A stretch of DNA of 64,000 bases from NCBI GenBank assembly GCA_937983075.1, contig CALKAQ010000033.1, forward strand, positions 4,114 to 68,113, written 5' to 3'. Every line of letters begins with the position of its first letter. Positions within the stretch are counted from its first letter, which is position 1. Positions 58,982 through 64,000 of the stretch are shown here, piece by piece. The notes beneath the pieces were generated by a model. The model saw only the letters and a list, made by a program, of their open reading frames with translations. It did not search any database and was not told the origin of the DNA. The stretch comes from an uncultured bacterium. Lineage in GTDB: Bacteria > Bacillota > Limnochordia > DTU080 > JAAYLA01. The translations under genes and the position numbers were made by a program.

Positions 58982-60507
58982 TCGGCTGCCTCCTCTGCAA
59001 TGACGACGGCCTTGAGCAAGCCACGAGCTTTGTTGAGCGTTTCTTCATATTCTTTTTCGGGATCGGAGTCGGCCACCACACCCGCGCCGGCTTGAATGTG
59101 CGCTTTTCCGTTGTGTACGACGACGGTTCGAATCGTGATGCAGCTGTCCATATTCCCGGAAAAACCGAAATATCCGATGGCACCGCCGTACGGTCCCCTC
59201 CGCGATGGTTCCAGCTCGTCGATAATTTCCATCGCCCGCACTTTCGGTGCCCCGGACAGCGTTCCGGCAGGAAATGCGGCTCGCAGCAAATCAAAGGCGT
59301 CACGCCCAGGCGCCAGTCGCCCCCGCACATTCGATACGATGTGCATGACGTGAGAGTAGCGTTCGATCATCATCAGCTCATCGACAACGACGCTGCCCGG
59401 TTCGCATACTCGCCCGAGGTCGTTGCGGCCGAGATCGACGAGCATCAAATGTTCGGCGATTTCTTTTTCGTCAGCCAAGAGGTCGCGTTCCAAGGCTAAA
59501 TCTTCCGCCGGATCATCACTGCGTGGACGCGTGCCCGCGATAGGCCGCAGCATCACTTCGGCGTCCTCCGCCCGAACCATGACCTCGGGAGACGAACCGA
59601 CAATCGCCACGCCGTCGAGCTTTAAATAGAAAAGATACGGCGACGGATTCACGGTACGCAGAACGCGATAAATGTTAAATGCGTCGCCACGCACAGGCAG
59701 CGTGAAGCGCTGTGAGAGCACCACCTGGAAGATGTCGCCCGCTCGGATGTACGCCTTGGCCTTCTCCACAGCGGATATAAATGCTTCTTTGGTGAAATTG
59801 GAAGTGATTTTGTCGGTGCGGGGAGGAGCTTGCAAAAGACCGCTTAGCGGCGACAGGCCATGCTCTTGTTGTAAAGCCGCCAGGACTCGGTCGATTTCAG
59901 CGAGGGCCCGATTGTAGGCCGTATCAGGATCGCCTTGAATGTGCGCGTTGTGGACGATTTGCAGCTTGCCACGCACATGATCGAAAATCAAGACCGTGTC
60001 GGTGAAGAGAAACGTCGATTCGGGCAAGCCGAGATCGTCGGGGTTGTTGTCGGGTATGTCCTCGGTATATCGCACCATGTCGTAACTGAAATAGCCGACC
60101 GCACCGCCGTAAAAACGCGGCAGCCCCGGAACCTCGACCGGCTGGTAGCGCTTTAACAGATCGCGCAAGGCGTCAATCGGGTCGTCCACCCAAAAGCGCT
60201 CTTTTCCCGCGGATGTTTCAATCTCGACTTGCTTTCCCCAGCTGCGGAATATAAGCGATGCGCTGGTTCCGACGAAAGAATAGCGCCCGAGCCGCTCGCC
60301 TCCTTCGACGCTCTCAAGAAGATAGGCATTGCGGCTTTCGCCCAGTTTTTTCAATGCGGATACCGGCGTATCGATATCGGCGATGATTTCTTTATAAACG
60401 GGGACCAAATTTCCTCTTTTTGCAAGTTCGTGAAACGTGCGACGATCAGGTACGATGCCGTCGTTGGTGGACGTATGATCCACAAACATTCGGGGTTGAA
60501 TGCCCAT
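58978..60507 (-). CDS. trpE: Anthranilate synthase component I
   Basis: Chorismate-binding enzyme motifs; probable ATG at 60507 after GAGGAAAGGAG (track ORF extends to 60585 into the terminator). Confidence 0.85.
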   Translation of the reverse strand: MGIQPRMFVDHTSTNDGIVPDRRTFHELAKRGNLVPVYKEIIADIDTPVSALKKLGESRNAYLLESVEGGERLGRYSFVGTSASLIFRSWGKQVEIETSAGKERFWVDDPIDALRDLLKRYQPVEVPGLPRFYGGAVGYFSYDMVRYTEDIPDNNPDDLGLPESTFLFTDTVLIFDHVRGKLQIVHNAHIQGDPDTAYNRALAEIDRVLAALQQEHGLSPLSGLLQAPPRTDKITSNFTKEAFISAVEKAKAYIRAGDIFQVVLSQRFTLPVRGDAFNIYRVLRTVNPSPYLFYLKLDGVAIVGSSPEVMVRAEDAEVMLRPIAGTRPRSDDPAEDLALERDLLADEKEIAEHLMLVDLGRNDLGRVCEPGSVVVDELMMIERYSHVMHIVSNVRGRLAPGRDAFDLLRAAFPAGTLSGAPKVRAMEIIDELEPSRRGPYGGAIGYFGFSGNMDSCITIRTVVVHNGKAHIQAGAGVVADSDPEKEYEETLNKARGLLKAVVIAEEAAE

Positions 60508-60560
60508 GCGCAGAAGGGCTCCTTTCCTCTGTATGCCCACCCCACATGCCGTTTGGACGG

Positions 60561-60602
60561 AAAAATAAAAGAAAATCCAACGCATGTGACCTTATGCCTT
60601 GG
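60561..60602 (-). terminator. Leader intrinsic terminator (attenuator) upstream of trpE
   Basis: CCAAGGCAU-AAGGUCAC-AUGCGUUGG stem-loop followed by AUUUUCUUUUAUUUUU on the transcribed strand. Confidence 0.55.
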
Positions 60603-60660
60603 GAAGACCGAGAGGAATGTACAGCAAGATTGCAAGGAAGGAGGAAGGGAGGGATGCTTC

Positions 60661-60708
60661 CTCAGCTCATCTTGTCTCAACTCGTCTCATCTCGGCTCTT
60701 CTCAACTA
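60661..60708 (-). promoter_or_regulatory. Array of about 9 (G/U)AG triplets with 2-3 nt spacers in the trp leader: candidate TRAP binding site
   Basis: Transcribed strand reads UAG-uu-GAG-aa-GAG-cc-GAG-au-GAG-ac-GAG-uu-GAG-acaagau-GAG-cu-GAG. Confidence 0.55.
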
Positions 60709-60745
60709 GGCTGGGCAGTGTATAATGCGGTAAACATTTGTAGTC

Positions 60746-60775
60746 ATTGTAATCATTGGCTGTCGTTATTGTCAA
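60746..60775 (-). promoter_or_regulatory. Sigma-A promoter for the trp operon (TTGACA-18-TACAAT)
   Basis: Perfect consensus hexamers on the minus strand about 200 nt upstream of trpE. Confidence 0.55.
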
Positions 60776-61282
60776 CCGTCAGCGGCGGGAAATACATGCC
60801 GTCGGATCCAGCACAAAGACAGTCTTCGGAATCACTTCGCGTGCTTGACGAATCCAAAAAGCACCGCCGACTGTGACGAAAATAACTCGGACGTAGTCCA
60901 AATCGTCATGACGATCGAGATATCGCCACACCTCTTCCCGCAATTGAAGATTTTTCCTTCCCGCCCAGAGTGGATTGTTTTTGTCGATTAGCCGTTAAAG
61001 GCAAACCAAGGTGACCAGTGGATTTTAAGTTCGCCCTGCTGGTCATCCCTTACAACGTGATGATTTTCGATAAATGAATACTCTTTTCTTCCGATTTGTA
61101 CAAAGTCCTCCTCGTGGCGCAACAAATGCGTCATGATCGGTGCAACCCCCTCTATTGACGGTCCTTCCAGTTCTCGATGCCGTCATGAACCCATCGACCC
61201 ATTGTACTATCACCAATGGCGCCGCAGCACCATATGCTACGTTAGGTCTTCGCAACCGTTTTGCGACCCGGAGGTTCGGATA

Positions 61283-61585
61283 ATGGTACAACTGATTCCG
61301 TTGGACATTGACGGGCGTCAAGCGATTGGTGTACGTGTGGATTTGCCGCAAACCAACTTAATCGCAATTACCACTGACAAAGGCTATATCATGTGTGGCG
61401 CACTCGACGTGCAGCTGCTGAATGAGCGATTGGCCAACCGCAAAATCATTGCCGGACGGGCTGTAGGCGTACGCACATTTGAAGATCTTTTGCAAGCTCC
61501 CCTGGAATCGGTTACGGACGGTGCGAAGGAAATTGGCATCCACGTGGGCATGGCGGGTATCGAGGCGATAGCCAAAATGTTTTAG
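61283..61585 (+). CDS. DUF1805 (YunC-like) family protein
   Basis: ATG after GGAGGT; 100-aa protein with conserved YunC-like pattern; longer track ORF is a 5' extension. Confidence 0.55.
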   Translation: MVQLIPLDIDGRQAIGVRVDLPQTNLIAITTDKGYIMCGALDVQLLNERLANRKIIAGRAVGVRTFEDLLQAPLESVTDGAKEIGIHVGMAGIEAIAKMF

Positions 61586-61839
61586 CAGGATTCAACGGAA
61601 CGGATTTCCGCACCCGTATCCGTTGCTTCGACTTCCCTTGAAGCGCTGCGTTCTCCGGCGAGCCGACCGCATACAATGCACGCCCCCCGCTCCCAGCTTT
61701 TCCTGCGCAGCTCAAGGGGCGCATAGGCACTTCCTTCCAGAAAGCCTTCGCGCTGACCGGTGCGCCGCCCAATGGCATAGCCCATGACGAGGGCAAGAAA
61801 AACGGTGAGGATGACGGCAGCGACAACGGCGGGACTCAT
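61582..61839 (-). CDS. Small membrane protein with C-terminal CxxC
   Basis: ATGA overlap with upstream gene; one TM helix. Confidence 0.35.
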   Translation of the reverse strand: MSPAVVAAVILTVFLALVMGYAIGRRTGQREGFLEGSAYAPLELRRKSWERGACIVCGRLAGERSASREVEATDTGAEIRSVESC

Positions 61840-62483
61840 GGCAGCCACCCTTTCGGAGGATCTGCAATTCCCGGCGATTCCCGCTTGGTGCGCAGCGCCA
61901 GACGCCACACCCACGTATCGAGCACGGCAGCGGCAACAATGGTAAGCGCCGTTTCAATCGGATACAGCCACGCTGCGAGAGCAAAGCACGCCAACGCGAC
62001 GCCGTTCACCTCCACCCAGCCAAAGCGACGCAAGAGGTTGGGATTCCCGGACATTTGGTCGACGTGGTAATCGATCGTATCGTCAACGGCTTGAACGAAC
62101 ACCATCATCGCCAGGCCCCAAAGTTGTCTGACGGGGCCGAGAAGGAGTGCGCCGAGTCCCAACACCACCAAGCTTTCCTGCCAGCCTGTCAGTCCGCTTG
62201 GCAGAGCGCGCCTCAAATCTTGCACCATGCCAGTCGAATAAGCCGCCAAAAAAAGCGACAGAGCGACGGAAGGATGAAAAGCAGCGCCGACGGCCAAAAG
62301 AACGAGTCCGTAAGGCAACGTTGCTTCGCCGAGCCGAACGGCCGGACTGGGAATGCCTGTCTGCGAATCGTATCGGAGATCCAAAAAGTCGTCCATGAGT
62401 TTTACGGCCAAACCCGCGCAGAGAATGGCGGCACCTGCACGGACGGTGGCCATGAGCGCCTCTTCAAATCCAACGCCAGACAA
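61836..62483 (-). CDS. Hypothetical integral membrane protein
   Basis: Multiple TM helices; start overlaps GTPase gene end. Confidence 0.45.
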   Translation of the reverse strand: MSGVGFEEALMATVRAGAAILCAGLAVKLMDDFLDLRYDSQTGIPSPAVRLGEATLPYGLVLLAVGAAFHPSVALSLFLAAYSTGMVQDLRRALPSGLTGWQESLVVLGLGALLLGPVRQLWGLAMMVFVQAVDDTIDYHVDQMSGNPNLLRRFGWVEVNGVALACFALAAWLYPIETALTIVAAAVLDTWVWRLALRTKRESPGIADPPKGWLP

Positions 62484-63072
62484 ATCGTTTCACCTCACGG
62501 AACCCCTCGCGTTTCAGGGCCGATATGGGGGCGATTGGATGCCCGGAAAATTCACGTCGAATGCGCTCCAAACCTTCACGTGCTTTCGGCAGATCCATTT
62601 TGTTGGCCAGGATCAAATACCCCCCTCGCATCAGCGCAAATTGTGCGACCTGGTAATCAACTTCGCCGAACGCTTCGACGGCGCCGCGTTCGGCGGCACG
62701 CGAGGCATCAACCATGTGCAGCACGAGTTTGGCGTCGCGCACGGCAGCCAGCGTCTGGGCCATGGACGACCGAATGTCTTGGTCGGCCGGAATTCCATCG
62801 ATGAGACCGCTCGTGTCGACAATCTCAAACCGCTTGACACCCTTGCCGGCAGGCAAGTCGACGGTGATGGACTGAAGTTTGCGGGTGTGATGTGGCTTAT
62901 CACTGACCAACTCACGCAATGCCTGTTCAACAGTATACGTCGTGCGAGTGACCGTTCCAGACGGGTCTTTGGCCGTGACGACGAATTCTTTCATGCCGAG
63001 GAACGCCGCAAACTGGATGACGAATAGGCTCTTGCCCACGTTGGTCTTGCCAATGATGATGCATTGTTTCAA
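62464..63072 (-). CDS. Small GTP-binding protein (MMR_HSR1/Era-like GTPase domain only)
   Basis: G1 GKTNVGKS, G3 DTSGL, G4 NKMD motifs. Confidence 0.7.
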   Translation of the reverse strand: MKQCIIIGKTNVGKSLFVIQFAAFLGMKEFVVTAKDPSGTVTRTTYTVEQALRELVSDKPHHTRKLQSITVDLPAGKGVKRFEIVDTSGLIDGIPADQDIRSSMAQTLAAVRDAKLVLHMVDASRAAERGAVEAFGEVDYQVAQFALMRGGYLILANKMDLPKAREGLERIRREFSGHPIAPISALKREGFREVKRFVWRWI

Positions 63073-63959
63073 ACGGCGTTCACCTCCTCGAGGTCCGCCT
63101 CCTCGATCACCATCAGTTCTTCCCGGCTTGAGTGCTGCTTTTTCACGAGTCGAACCGCTTGGCGCCGAATCGCCCGTTCGATCAAATTGCGCACCATGCG
63201 TGCATTGCCGGCGTTCGGGTCGTTGCGAGCCACTTGCTGCTCTAAAATTTTCTTGAGCCGCTCCCGCGCGGCCGGCGACAAACGGTATTGGCGTTGACGC
63301 AGCATGTGATGTGCGATTTGCAGCAATTCTTCGGGTGTATAATCCGGGAACGGAATGTGGATGGGAAAGCGCGATTGCAACCCCGGATTCGTCTGCAAAA
63401 AGCCTTCCATCTCGTCGTGATAGCCGGCGAGAATCAATATGAACTCGTCTTTGTGGTCTTCCATGGCTTTAACGAGCGTATCGATGGCCTCCTTGCCGAA
63501 ATCCTTTTCACCGCCTCGGGCTAAGGCGTATGCTTCATCGATGAATAAGATGCCGCCCATCGCTTGGTTGATCTGATGGCGCGTTTTTTGCGCCGTGTGC
63601 CCGATATATTCACCGACGACGTCGGCGCGCTCGCATTCCACCAAATGTCCTTTGGACAACACGCCCATTTCACGGAACATCCGGCCAAATATTCTGGCGA
63701 CTGTTGTTTTTCCGGTGCCTGGGTTGCCTTTAAAAATCATATGCAGGACCAGCGGCTCACTGACCAAATGCTGCTTTTTGCGGCGCTGTTGAATCTCGAC
63801 GAATGCCTGCACTTCTTTGACGAGCTTTTTGACGGATTCCAGCCCGATCAGCGAATTGAGTTCCGCTTCCACTTCGCGCAAACGTTGCAGCCTTGCTTCT
63901 TCGTCATCTTCCGCTTTTTCTTTCGCTTTGGGACGTGACGAATGCACCATGTTCGACAC
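63069..63959 (-). CDS. spoVK: Stage V sporulation protein K (AAA+ ATPase); true start may lie beyond 63959
   Basis: Walker A GNPGTGKTT, Walker B ILFIDEAY, SpoVK/CbbX-family features; start overlaps GTPase gene (ATGA). Confidence 0.8.
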   Translation of the reverse strand: MSNMVHSSRPKAKEKAEDDEEARLQRLREVEAELNSLIGLESVKKLVKEVQAFVEIQQRRKKQHLVSEPLVLHMIFKGNPGTGKTTVARIFGRMFREMGVLSKGHLVECERADVVGEYIGHTAQKTRHQINQAMGGILFIDEAYALARGGEKDFGKEAIDTLVKAMEDHKDEFILILAGYHDEMEGFLQTNPGLQSRFPIHIPFPDYTPEELLQIAHHMLRQRQYRLSPAARERLKKILEQQVARNDPNAGNARMVRNLIERAIRRQAVRLVKKQHSSREELMVIEEADLEEVNAV

Positions 63960-64000
63960 GGGAGCTCCGTCGTGATTCAGTTGCTCCTGGCCTTTGTCGA

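Noticed and set aside
60586-60900. T-box riboswitch upstream of trpE
   Set aside because: Looked for the conserved T-box sequence (AAUUAGGGUGGNACCGCG-like) and a Trp specifier loop and found neither. The leader instead carries spaced GAG/UAG triplets typical of TRAP-dependent attenuation.

Overview
High-GC (~58-60%) chromosomal segment that looks like a sporulating Firmicute (Bacillales-like): it carries sigH, spoVK, lexA/yneA, ynbB, nfo and a complete trpEGDCFBA operon. The window is densely coding on both strands. The most notable region (about 2.2-8.3 kb) is a co-directional cluster of a TatD hydrolase, a myo-inositol-1-phosphate-synthase-family cyclase, two paralogous xylose-isomerase-like TIM-barrel proteins, an alkaline-phosphatase-superfamily phosphodiesterase and a UbiA prenyltransferase. 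That gene set matches the poorly understood ebo/EDB cluster, but here eboA is absent and the TIM-barrel gene is duplicated. Other notable content: a trp leader with a sigma-A promoter, about 9 spaced (G/U)AG triplets (a TRAP-type attenuator signature) and an intrinsic terminator; a CadC/CadA metal-efflux pair with a canonical promoter and palindromic operator; a YtrA-type GntR-ABC-DUF4097 module whose two adjacent promoters share a GTGCAC-N10-GTGCAC motif; a secreted discoidin plus amicyanin-like cupredoxin fusion protein; an orphan radical SAM/SPASM enzyme; a 628-aa P-loop protein of unknown family next to an MFS transporter; and a tRNA-Trp next to a tyrosine recombinase, YneA-like LysM protein and LexA with Cheo-type boxes. 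No CRISPR arrays, rRNA or obvious transposases were seen. Coordinates of small manually located motifs may be off by 1-2 nt.
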